In this document: positions 9,584-18,651 of the stretch, in pieces
Layout of the letters: each line of letters starts with the position of its first letter
Numbering within the stretch: the first letter of the stretch is position 1
Assembly (NCBI GenBank): GCA_963666365.2
Contig: CAXXNF010000002.1
Location: forward strand, 2,048,001-2,112,000
Origin: Syntrophales bacterium
Lineage (GTDB): Bacteria > Desulfobacterota > Syntrophia > Syntrophales > UBA2210
Length of the DNA: 64,000 nt
Reading direction: 5' to 3'
Notes under the pieces: model-generated
The model's database searches: none
The model's input: only the letters and a program-made list of their open reading frames with translations
What the model was told of the DNA's origin: nothing
Made by a program: the position numbers and the translations under genes

Positions 9584-9926
9584 GTACCGTAACGCTGAAC
9601 GATCGACCTGTCGGCTCAGGAATGCAGGAGCAAGATCGGCGGTACAGTGAAAGATGTGGGGATGCAACGCAATTCGATCTTTCTCGCTATCAGAAAGTGC
9701 TTCGAAGAGTGAACCGCGGGTATGCAAGGGACCAGAGGATTTTTTGTACCCTTAATCCGATCGAAGACCGAATACATCGAAAGATGGACGTCCCTCTGCT
9801 CGGGATGCGGGTGCAGTGTTTCCCGGCTTCGACTGAACGGCCGGGAAGAGGCATCCTGTGAGCGGTGCAGGGTGGCGCCGCATCATTTCGGACAGAAGAT
9901 GGGCAATGCAGCTCTCTTGGCGGTCT
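9584..9926 (+). ncRNA. Candidate structured leader/ncRNA of unknown family
   Basis: Multiple nested complementary segments found by eye (see findings); no credible ORF; starts at the predicted TSS. Confidence 0.35.
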
Positions 9927-10121
9927 GAATGTGCAACTCGACAAGCGCTCTCCCTTTCTTTCGTACGATTTCCGCGTTAATAGAAGAACGTAGCATTATG
10001 AAATTAGTCATTGCATGACGATACACATGGAAACAATAGCATTTGCCACCTGGACTACAGTGGAAAATGTTATGTTGCGTTTATGATTTTACACAATTAA
10101 CAAGAAAAGGAGATTTAGCGT

Positions 10122-11000
10122 ATGAGTTCGGTTGCTGGGATGTACATCACTCAGGGAATTCACGGGCTGGTTTACGGGATGCTGCTCTTTCTCGTTTCAT
10201 CCGGTCTTACCCTGATATTCGGCATGATGGGTATTTTAAACCTCGCTCACGCCTCGTTCTTCATGCTTGCGGCATATTTTTGTTATGCCGTGCTGCAGGT
10301 GACGGGGAATTTTTGGCTGGCCCTGATTATCTCCCCCGTGGTCGCTGCCTTTTTCGGCGTGCTCGCTGAACGGTTCCTTCTCAGGAAGGTCCATTCCATG
10401 GGTCACGTGGCAGAGTTGCTGCTGACTTTGGGGTTGTCGTTGGTCATTCTCGAGGCCGTCAAGGTGTTCTGGGGAACGGAATCCCTGATCATTACGGTTC
10501 CGGAAACCCTTCAGGGCCTGATAAGCATGGGACAGCACATTCAGTATCCGATATACCGGCTCTTCATCATCGTGGTCGCCTGCGTCGTCCTCCTCTTTAT
10601 GGCACTGATTCTCTTTAAAACGAGACTTGGAAAGATTGTGCGCGCCTCGGTGACCAATTCCGAAATGGTAAGCGCACTGGGAATCAACACGCCCATCGTC
10701 TTCATGCTCGTCTTCGGCATCGGAACCTGGCTCGCCGGTGTCGCCGGCGTCTGCGCCGCCCCCCTGCTGACGGTCTTTCCCGGTATGGCAGACCAGATGG
10801 GAATGGATTGCTTCGTCGTTGTCGTCACAGGAGGCCTTGGAAGTCTTTTGGGCGCCTTCATAGCGGCATTCTCAATCGGGGAGTTGAACGCTTATGGCGT
10901 CCAGTTTGTTCCCCGCCTGGTACCGGTCATTACCTTCGGCTTTATGGTTATTGTTCTGGCTATTAAACCGACCGGGTTCTTCGGCGAAAGGGAGGCATAG
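10122..11000 (+). CDS. livH: Liv-type ABC permease (LivH-like)
   Basis: GLTLIFGMMGILNLAH, KTRLGKIVRA, GGLGS, KPTGFFG. Confidence 0.9.
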   Translation: MSSVAGMYITQGIHGLVYGMLLFLVSSGLTLIFGMMGILNLAHASFFMLAAYFCYAVLQVTGNFWLALIISPVVAAFFGVLAERFLLRKVHSMGHVAELLLTLGLSLVILEAVKVFWGTESLIITVPETLQGLISMGQHIQYPIYRLFIIVVACVVLLFMALILFKTRLGKIVRASVTNSEMVSALGINTPIVFMLVFGIGTWLAGVAGVCAAPLLTVFPGMADQMGMDCFVVVVTGGLGSLLGAFIAAFSIGELNAYGVQFVPRLVPVITFGFMVIVLAIKPTGFFGEREA

Positions 11001-11002
11001 CA

Positions 11003-11971
11003 ATGAGCAGAAAGACAAGACTCATAATAGCCTGGATTATCGGCCTTATTATTGCGATCGTACTTCCCCACGTGGTCGGCATCGTCTATACCAACGTCGT
11101 CGTCACCTTTATGATGGATGCCACCTTCGCACTGACCATTAACCTGCTTTTGGGCTTTACGGGGTTGCTTACCTTCGGGCACGCCATGTTTTTCGGCATC
11201 GGCGGCTACGCTGCTGCGCTGGCGCTGACCCATATACCGGGGTTCCCCCTCATCGGCGTGATTTTTTTCTCCGCCATAGCCGCGCTCGTGCTCGGCTTAA
11301 TCGTGGCGCCCCTTCTGGCACGCGTCACCGGCACGGCCTTTGCCATGCTGACCCTGGCATTCGGCCAGCTCCTCTACGTGATCTGTCTTAAATTCAGAGA
11401 AATCACCGGAGGTGAAGACGGCATCGCCGGCTACGACACCCCCCCGATCCATCTCGGATTCACCAATATCGACATCACCGACCCGACCAACTTCTATTAC
11501 TTCGCGCTTGTGGTCATGGGTCTGCTGACCTTCTTTATGTGGTGGCTCACGAAAACGCCCTTCGGCACCGTGATGGTCGGTATCCGCGACAACGCCCTCC
11601 GCGTGGAATATCTCGGCTATCGCGTCAAGCATAGCAAGGCTACAGTTCTGATCATTTCAGGAACGGTCGCCGGTGTGGTGGGCGGCGTCTATGCCCTCTT
11701 TCACAACCTGGTTTCCACCGACGGCGTTCTTACGATATTCGTGTCCTTCTACCCGCTGATGGCCGCCTATATCGGCGGTGTGGCAAGCTTCTTCGGACCC
11801 ATCCTCGGCGCCGCCATTCTCCATATCCTGGACGAACTCACTTCCCGATATACAGAGCGTGTAGACCTTGTGAACGGCATCGTGTTCATCCTGGTGGTCA
11901 TGTACGCTCCCTACGGCGCAATAGGGATCTGGTGGTCCATCAAGGCGCGACTGTTTAAAAAGGCTAACTAA
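11003..11971 (+). CDS. livM: Liv-type ABC permease (LivM-like)
   Basis: LLLGFTGLLTFGHAMFFGIGGY, TLAFGQ, TGGEDG, IRDN. Confidence 0.9.
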   Translation: MSRKTRLIIAWIIGLIIAIVLPHVVGIVYTNVVVTFMMDATFALTINLLLGFTGLLTFGHAMFFGIGGYAAALALTHIPGFPLIGVIFFSAIAALVLGLIVAPLLARVTGTAFAMLTLAFGQLLYVICLKFREITGGEDGIAGYDTPPIHLGFTNIDITDPTNFYYFALVVMGLLTFFMWWLTKTPFGTVMVGIRDNALRVEYLGYRVKHSKATVLIISGTVAGVVGGVYALFHNLVSTDGVLTIFVSFYPLMAAYIGGVASFFGPILGAAILHILDELTSRYTERVDLVNGIVFILVVMYAPYGAIGIWWSIKARLFKKAN

Positions 11972-11983
11972 GGAGGATATCAG

Positions 11984-12730
11984 ATGAATATATTAGAGAC
12001 CAGAGGGCTCTACTTCGATTATCACGGTTTGGAGGTGTTGTTCGACATCAACCTCCAGGTTGAAAAGGGTGAACGGCATGCATTGATCGGTCCCAACGGC
12101 GCCGGAAAGACAACGCTGTTCAACGTCATTATCGGCGGATTGATTCCCCGCCGCGGACATGTCATATTCAAAGAGCATGACATCACCCGCGCCACACCGC
12201 ACGAACTGTTCCGGCACGGAATGGGCCGGTCCTTTCAGATCACCAGCACCTTTCAACGGCAGACACCCTTTCAGAACATCAGGTCCGCCATTCTCTCAAA
12301 GCGGGGCATCCGCTTCAACATGTGGCGCCTCGTCGATAAACTGCACGACGTCACGAAAGAGACAGACGATGTCTTGAAGCGGCTCAATTTGTATGCCGAA
12401 CGGGATTTTCCCGCGTCCGCGCTGTCCTATGGGAAGAACCGCTCGCTGGAATTCGGCATGGCGGTGGCTTCCGATCCCGACCTTGTCATGCTGGACGAAC
12501 CGACCGCCGGTATGTCGCGTGACGAGACCCACGCAGCGGTCGAGCTGATCCGCACCCTTACCGAGGGGAAGACACTGGTGATCATCGAGCATGACATGGA
12601 CGTGGTGTTTTCACTGGCCGATCGGATCACCGTGCTCCATCACGGGGAGATTCTGGCGACGGGAGCTCCCAGCGATATTAAAAACAATCAACAGGTAAAA
12701 GATGCCTATCTGGGTGAAACGGAGGTATAA
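11984..12730 (+). CDS. livG: Liv-type ABC ATPase (LivG-like)
   Basis: GPNGAGKTT, LSYG, LDEPTAG, IEHDM, AYLG. Confidence 0.92.
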   Translation: MNILETRGLYFDYHGLEVLFDINLQVEKGERHALIGPNGAGKTTLFNVIIGGLIPRRGHVIFKEHDITRATPHELFRHGMGRSFQITSTFQRQTPFQNIRSAILSKRGIRFNMWRLVDKLHDVTKETDDVLKRLNLYAERDFPASALSYGKNRSLEFGMAVASDPDLVMLDEPTAGMSRDETHAAVELIRTLTEGKTLVIIEHDMDVVFSLADRITVLHHGEILATGAPSDIKNNQQVKDAYLGETEV

Positions 12731-12732
12731 GA

Positions 12733-13446
12733 ATGCTTCTCGAAGTAAAAGATCTTAATACATACTACGGCGAAAGTCACGTGCTGCAGGGCATCTCCTT
12801 GACTGTTGACACCGGTGAGCTTGTATGCCTTCTCGGAAGAAACGGCATGGGAAAGAGCACCACGCTCAAAAGCATAATGGGAATTGTGAAACCGAAATCC
12901 GGGTCCATTGTATTCAAGGGGCAGGAGATTCTTCAGATGCCCGCCCATAAAACAGCACGGGTCGGAATAGGCTATGTTCCTGAAACAAGGGAAATATTCC
13001 CCAATCTGACCGTTACGGACAATCTACTTCTCGGAATTAAAAAAGGAAAATACTCTCATGACCTTGCCGACGAATGGACGCTCGAGCGCATTTATGAGCA
13101 TTTTCCCATTCTGAAGACACGGGGAAGCAATAAGGGGTTTCAGCTCTCCGGCGGCGAGCAGCAGATGCTGACCATTGCACGCACGCTGATGGGCAATCCC
13201 GAACTGCTCCTTATCGACGAACCGACGGAGGGATTGGCGCCGGTTATGGTGGAGGAGGTGCGCGACGTGCTCATCGAAATCAATAAAGCCGGCGTTGCCA
13301 TTCTCCTGGTCGAACATAACATCAAGGTTGCCCTTGCCATGGCCCACCGTCTGTACCTCATGGGTAAGGCCCATGTGGGATTTGTGGGGACTCCGGAAGA
13401 TCTGGCAAAACAGCCCGAAATCAAGCAGCAGTATCTGGAAGTATAA
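12733..13446 (+). CDS. livF: Liv-type ABC ATPase (LivF-like)
   Basis: GRNGMGKST, LSGGEQQML, DEPTEGLAP. Confidence 0.92.
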   Translation: MLLEVKDLNTYYGESHVLQGISLTVDTGELVCLLGRNGMGKSTTLKSIMGIVKPKSGSIVFKGQEILQMPAHKTARVGIGYVPETREIFPNLTVTDNLLLGIKKGKYSHDLADEWTLERIYEHFPILKTRGSNKGFQLSGGEQQMLTIARTLMGNPELLLIDEPTEGLAPVMVEEVRDVLIEINKAGVAILLVEHNIKVALAMAHRLYLMGKAHVGFVGTPEDLAKQPEIKQQYLEV

Positions 13447-13461
13447 GTAATTACGTGTACC

Positions 13462-13503
13462 GAGGCGAGGTCCTCTACCTGGACCTCGCCTCTCTTTCTC
13501 TTC
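13462..13503 (+). terminator. Terminator-like hairpin after livF
   Basis: 12-bp stem GAGGCGAGGTCC/GGACCTCGCCTC plus pyrimidine tail. Confidence 0.65.
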
Positions 13504-13720
13504 TAATGCTCGGCAGAACTGGATGCGCCTGTGGATGATCAGTATATCTATACCACTTCAAGGAAGGCTCTCTTCGGTCGCCGGTATTTTCATTCCCATC
13601 ATCAACACACTGATTTCTGTGCACCAAGGGTGTCCATGAGGGCATCGCCGTGGAACCCCATATCGACGACCTCGGCGCCGTCATCGGGATCACCCGTAAT
13701 CAAATACGTGAGGGGGTAGT

Positions 13721-15397
13721 ATGATGCAAGACAGACCATGGCAACGGCACTACGACTATAATGTGCCCGCGGAAATTCGTTATCCACGCTTACCTGTTTC
13801 GGAACTTCTTCAAATCCCTGCGAACGCCTATCCGGATAAGGCGGCATTGAGTTTTTTCGGAACGGAAATCACCTTCTGGGAATTACGCCAGCAAGTGCTG
13901 AGAATGGCAAACGCCTTGGGGAAACTGGGTATCAAAAAAGGGGATCGTGTGGGCATTCACCTCCCCAATTGCCCGCAATATCCCATCGCATATTACGCAA
14001 CCCTTTCGCTGGGGGCGATCGTCGTCAATATGAATCCCCTGTATACGGCGGAAGAATTGAAATTAATTTCCGAAGTGACTGAGATAAAGGCCCTCATCAC
14101 TTTTGATATGGCCTTGGCCACTATCCGTGCATTGGCAAAGCAGGTAAAAATACCAAAGGTGATTGTCACGGCGGTAACCGATTATATCCAGGGAATGCCG
14201 CTCAGCTCTGCGAAAAGCCTCGACCTTGAGGAAGGATGGCTCCATTTTACTACACTGCTTGAAGATAGTTCCGACACTCGGCTTTCCCGTGTCATGATTT
14301 TACCTGACGATCCGGCGGTTATCCAGTTTACGGGCGGGACTACCGGTGTGCCCAAAGGCGCCGTTCTCGCCCATGGCACCATCATATCCGGTGTGCTGAA
14401 CTGCGCTCTCTGGGGAAACCCGACGATTTCGCTGACTCCTCCTGAAAAACGCAATGTGCTGGCCGTGCTCCCCTACTTTCATGTATACGGGAATATCGTC
14501 GTGATGAACTGGGCGATTTGGAGCTGCGCGACACAGATACAGGTGCCCCGTTTCGAAATTGACGAACTCTTTGCCACCATGGCAAATTTTGAACAGATTA
14601 CGTTCTTCCCCACCGTTCCCACACTGATTACGGCCCTGGTAAACCATCCCAAGGCAGCGGAACAGAATCTCGGCAAAAAGCTGGGGCTGCTCAACAGCGG
14701 GGCCGCACCAATGCCGGTGGAACTCATTGAACGGGTGAAAGACATGGGCATCTTCTTCAGCGAAGGGTGGGGTATGAGTGAAACGACCTCCGTGGGCATG
14801 TCAAACCCGATCCTGGGCCTCAAAAAGGCTGGAAGCATTGGAATACCGATCCCCGGCGCCAATATTCGGCTGGTAGATCTTCAGGATGGGACCGAAGATG
14901 TAAAGAAGGGGGAACCAGGTGAAATAATCATCAATGCCCCCTTTGTCATGAAGGAGTATTGGAACAATCCGGAAGAGACCGCAGGGCAGCTCAAGGATGG
15001 GTGGCTTTACACGGGCGATATCGCTGTCCAGGATGAAGATGATTACTTCTTTATCGTTGACCGTAAAAAAGACATGATCATCGCCGGCGGCTTTAACATT
15101 TACCCCCGCGATGTGGATGAGGTTCTTTATCAGCATCCGAAAATACAGGATGCCGTTACCGTCGGCGTTCCCCATGAATACAGGGGAGAGACGGTAAAAG
15201 CCTTCGTCGTGGCCAAAGAAGGAGAGACGGTGACGGAAGACGAGGTCATTGCCTTTTGTAAAGAAAAACTTACTGCCTACAAGGTTCCCAAACTTGTCGA
15301 GTTCAGAAAGGAGCTTCCCAAATCCGCCGTAGGCAAAGTGCTTCGCAAGGTCCTTCGGGAAGAGGAGATTGCCAAGCAGAAGGCACAGAAAGAATGA
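13721..15397 (+). CDS. Long-chain-fatty-acid--CoA ligase family (copy 1)
   Basis: FTGGTTGVPKG, GWGMSET, GWLYTGD, DRKKDMII, KSAVGKVLR. Confidence 0.93.
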   Translation: MMQDRPWQRHYDYNVPAEIRYPRLPVSELLQIPANAYPDKAALSFFGTEITFWELRQQVLRMANALGKLGIKKGDRVGIHLPNCPQYPIAYYATLSLGAIVVNMNPLYTAEELKLISEVTEIKALITFDMALATIRALAKQVKIPKVIVTAVTDYIQGMPLSSAKSLDLEEGWLHFTTLLEDSSDTRLSRVMILPDDPAVIQFTGGTTGVPKGAVLAHGTIISGVLNCALWGNPTISLTPPEKRNVLAVLPYFHVYGNIVVMNWAIWSCATQIQVPRFEIDELFATMANFEQITFFPTVPTLITALVNHPKAAEQNLGKKLGLLNSGAAPMPVELIERVKDMGIFFSEGWGMSETTSVGMSNPILGLKKAGSIGIPIPGANIRLVDLQDGTEDVKKGEPGEIIINAPFVMKEYWNNPEETAGQLKDGWLYTGDIAVQDEDDYFFIVDRKKDMIIAGGFNIYPRDVDEVLYQHPKIQDAVTVGVPHEYRGETVKAFVVAKEGETVTEDEVIAFCKEKLTAYKVPKLVEFRKELPKSAVGKVLRKVLREEEIAKQKAQKE

Positions 15398-15465
15398 AAG
15401 CAGCAGCCTCACAGTGTTCAGGGAAGGCAGTAAGAATCCGCGCATTGTGAAATAAAAATCATGTA

Positions 15466-15497
15466 AAAGGCCGCATGATTCACTTCATGCGGCCTTT
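15466..15497. terminator. Bidirectional terminator between convergent ligase and CoA-transferase
   Basis: AAAGGCCGCATGA/TCATGCGGCCTTT 13-bp stem. Confidence 0.7.
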
Positions 15498-15524
15498 CAG
15501 CATCCTGTGCAGTTATTTCCCTGC

Positions 15525-16349
15525 TTACATCTTGCCCCGTTCCTGGGCACGCTTGAAGACAGACGTAATGGCCAGCTCGGTGCCCAGCTCTCTTCCGGCA
15601 GCCTCAGTGGGCGCGAAGTGCCGCACGAAATCGATTTCCTTGTCCGTGGGACGCTCCGTCACCGATAAATCGGGAGACACTTTTAGTTCCCAGGGAATAT
15701 CCTTCTTTATGTCTTCCACGGTGATCCCGGGGTGGATCTTGTCGAGATACATCTCTTTCGTCTCAGAATCGAATCGGAAGACTCCCTTGGTGGTCAGCAG
15801 CATGGATGGTCCCGAATCCTTCGGGAACAGTCCCGAATCGTTCCTGCTTGTACCGCCGGTGAGGTGCCCCGGGGAGGTAAAGTATTCGAGCTTCTCCACA
15901 AACTGACCGCCCCGCATGGTAAGAACGGTGCGCTTCGCATAGGAAATAAAATCGGCGGCGCCGCCTGAGCCGGGAAGTCTGAGGTCGGGCTTGTAATAGT
16001 CTCCAATGCAGGTTGTGTTGAGGTTTCCGTACTTGTCCATCTGCCCAACCCCCAAAAAGCACACATCGACGAAGCCGCGATAGGTCATGGTAAATGCGGA
16101 AAAGAGATCGGTGGAGTAGGAAAACCCCCTGCATGAATGGGCGTCGGCAATGTGGTTGAGCGGCACCAGCGGTTCGAAATCGATGATCCCCGATTCCATC
16201 ATCAGGGTGGCGTGGGGCGCATAGAGCGCCTTGGCCAGTGCGCCTGCCGTAGTGGGAAGTCCGACGCCAAGAATGACGTTCTCGTAGTCTTTGATCTCCT
16301 TGGCACAGGTGATGATCAAAAGTTCGTTCAGCGTATATTTTTTACTCAT
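15525..16349 (-). CDS. Family I CoA-transferase beta subunit (GctB-like)
   Basis: GVGLP, MESG (catalytic Glu), GQMDKYGNLN, LPGSGGAAD. Start moved to ATG 16349, which overlaps the alpha-subunit stop. Confidence 0.88.
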   Translation of the reverse strand: MSKKYTLNELLIITCAKEIKDYENVILGVGLPTTAGALAKALYAPHATLMMESGIIDFEPLVPLNHIADAHSCRGFSYSTDLFSAFTMTYRGFVDVCFLGVGQMDKYGNLNTTCIGDYYKPDLRLPGSGGAADFISYAKRTVLTMRGGQFVEKLEYFTSPGHLTGGTSRNDSGLFPKDSGPSMLLTTKGVFRFDSETKEMYLDKIHPGITVEDIKKDIPWELKVSPDLSVTERPTDKEIDFVRHFAPTEAAGRELGTELAITSVFKRAQERGKM

Positions 16350-17391
16350 AGAGCATGTTCCTTTCTTCGAATGTCTTCTCAAGCTCTTCCAGGGTGATGC
16401 CCATGGTCCGCTCCAACCCGTTTTCATCCCAGGCGGAGCCGAAGGCCGAGCCGTAGTTTGCCGGCGCTGAATAGAAGGCCTTGGCCTTGAGTTTGTCCAG
16501 CATACCCATCCCGAATTTTTGTGCATAGTGATCGAGATAGGCCTCCCGATCCTGGCAGCCGTAGACCCATTCGTCCATCCAGGCTTTTGCTCCGTCACCG
16601 GTGGCATTGGCCATCATGAACATGCCGTAAAAGAAACGATCCATATTATAGTATCCCAACACCTCCGTGGGGTGGGCGCCCCAGGGAACCTCAACAACGG
16701 CATTCACCCTGTAGGCGGGAATGATCGTTAAATGGGGGCTTGACTGAATGATGTCGTGCTCGACGATTTCTTCGCAGGTGACAATGATTTTTTTACTGCA
16801 GAGCGCCGCGGCGGCAACGCTTCCCATGGAACCCCAGTACTGGGCGTTGCCCTGTCTGTCCGCCCGCTGTACATGAATGATGCACACATCGGGGTTGGCC
16901 GCGGGTACCGTGAGAATATCCTTCCCCGTATAGGGGCACTTGATGACGCGGTACTTGTCTTCCCCCATAAAGCCGCGCTTTCTGAACAGATCCGTGGCCA
17001 TCACGCCTTCCAGAACCTGAATGAAGGGGAATCCGTGCATCCCGGCAACCAGCCGGGCATTGTAATTGAAATTGGTGTAATCCTCCCATTCGAGCGTTCC
17101 CGCCTGCATCGCCCGCTCGACGGCGCCACCCCCTTTTTTACCGCCGGAGCGCAGCACATAGGTACTCACCAGACGGTCCACGGCGCCGGCATTGACCAAC
17201 ACATCGACATCGAGAATACCTGACTGTGAAAAGATGGTGAAACCCTTCTTCCCTTGTCTGCAAATCTCGTAGATAAGTTCGCAACAGGTGCCGACCGTGT
17301 AATTGCCGATGATCAGCTCATCGCCGTCATTGACAAACCGGCTGACCGCCTCTTTGGCGCTCATCACTTTGTTTCCGTTGTTCTGTGACAT
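16342..17391 (-). CDS. Family I CoA-transferase alpha subunit (GctA-like)
   Basis: EAVSRFVNDGD, PDVCIIHVQRAD..GN, VVEVPWGAHP. Confidence 0.88.
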   Translation of the reverse strand: MSQNNGNKVMSAKEAVSRFVNDGDELIIGNYTVGTCCELIYEICRQGKKGFTIFSQSGILDVDVLVNAGAVDRLVSTYVLRSGGKKGGGAVERAMQAGTLEWEDYTNFNYNARLVAGMHGFPFIQVLEGVMATDLFRKRGFMGEDKYRVIKCPYTGKDILTVPAANPDVCIIHVQRADRQGNAQYWGSMGSVAAAALCSKKIIVTCEEIVEHDIIQSSPHLTIIPAYRVNAVVEVPWGAHPTEVLGYYNMDRFFYGMFMMANATGDGAKAWMDEWVYGCQDREAYLDHYAQKFGMGMLDKLKAKAFYSAPANYGSAFGSAWDENGLERTMGITLEELEKTFEERNMLYE

Positions 17392-17545
17392 AGAACCTCC
17401 TTTTCCTGGATCTTCTTATGATCGTGAAACGACCTTCAAGGCGGAACGTTGCCCTGCCTCAGCAGGGAGTTCCCCCCTTTTACCCTGCAACATACCGGAA
17501 ACAGCGCTGTCGCACGCTTTTATCCTGCATATACCCGAAGCCCCC

Positions 17546-18370
17546 TCATTTCGACGCAACGAGATTTCTGAATATTCGACCGTCAGGGGCATGCTCCTCT
17601 ATTTCTTCATTTTCAAACACAAGTCGCGTCATGACACTTGTGATCTTTTTCCCCCTCGTCGACTCTATGGCATCGGCACTGCAGTCGAAACGGGACAATT
17701 CTTCAAGTGTCACAATGGTGGGAACCACCATGTGAAATTTATTACACCTGTAGTGGGCAAGCGCCTCTTCAGGGGTTGTCCAGATATGAGTGGTCAATTC
17801 GTGTCCATCGTGGAGCGCCTCCTGACAGTCCGGCGCCTGAGCAATAAAAAACCTTGTGTCGTACCTTTTCGGCGACAACTCCGGAGTAATCCAACGGGAG
17901 TAGTAGAAAAGACGGTCAAGGGCCAGTGTCAAGCCTTCTTTATGAAGCATTTCGGCAAATCGCAGGCGCCCCTGCCCTATTTGTCTCCGGTATTCAGTAA
18001 ATCGCTGTGCGCACTCATCCCTGCTGTTAAACCTGACAAGAGATCCGTTGCTCCGGGAGGCTAGCAGCAGTCCCATTTCCTCAAACGTTTCCCGGATCGC
18101 GGCTATCCAGATACCCAGCTTTTTTTCAGGGTGCAGCATCTCGTCGGAAGTCTCCCGCACCCTCTCGACATCCGAATCCTTACAGAAGTCGGTCATACCG
18201 GGCCGGCAGTCCTCTTCGTCGACCCGCCCACCGGGGAATACGTAAGAACTGGGAACGAAACTGCTTTTACTGCTCCTTCGCGCCATCAGCACCTCGAACC
18301 CGCTGCCTTTATCGGTCTTCGGCTCGCGAAGCAGAATTACTGTTGCTGCATCACTCGGTATCACTGTCAT
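17546..18370 (-). CDS. Nudix hydrolase, NUDT19-like
   Basis: AATVILLR, VFPGGRVD, interrupted Nudix box AAIRETFEE.G, WITP...KRYDTRFF. Confidence 0.85.
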   Translation of the reverse strand: MTVIPSDAATVILLREPKTDKGSGFEVLMARRSSKSSFVPSSYVFPGGRVDEEDCRPGMTDFCKDSDVERVRETSDEMLHPEKKLGIWIAAIRETFEEMGLLLASRSNGSLVRFNSRDECAQRFTEYRRQIGQGRLRFAEMLHKEGLTLALDRLFYYSRWITPELSPKRYDTRFFIAQAPDCQEALHDGHELTTHIWTTPEEALAHYRCNKFHMVVPTIVTLEELSRFDCSADAIESTRGKKITSVMTRLVFENEEIEEHAPDGRIFRNLVASK

Positions 18371-18651
18371 GTATGCCCCCGCTCATCCGGCAAGGCATCC
18401 TCCTGGCACACCCCCCCATCTCCCGCTGTCGCCCCGAGCTTCCGGAAAATATCCCCCCTTCACGGACCCCATGTTCAGCGTGCAACGGCTTCACAGTCGA
18501 GGGATTGCCATTCCGACAAAAAAGTTGCCTGCCTGTTTACTTTTTTCGTGTATTTTTTGAGGGCTCACTCATTAAAGCCGACCTTTTTCACTCATAGCCC
18601 TTATCCTTTTTTTCCCTTGTGGGTCAAGCAATATTTTTTCCATTGGATCTA

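Noticed and set aside
9771..9795. CATC-GAAA-GATGGACG resembles part of a c-di-GMP-I riboswitch
   Set aside because: The flanking GCAAA and GCAAAG elements and the matching second-stem receptor are missing. Kept only as part of the unknown structured leader.
13505..13720. Small ORFs or gene remnant between livF and the ligase
   Set aside because: No RBS or recognisable similarity; cannot be supported
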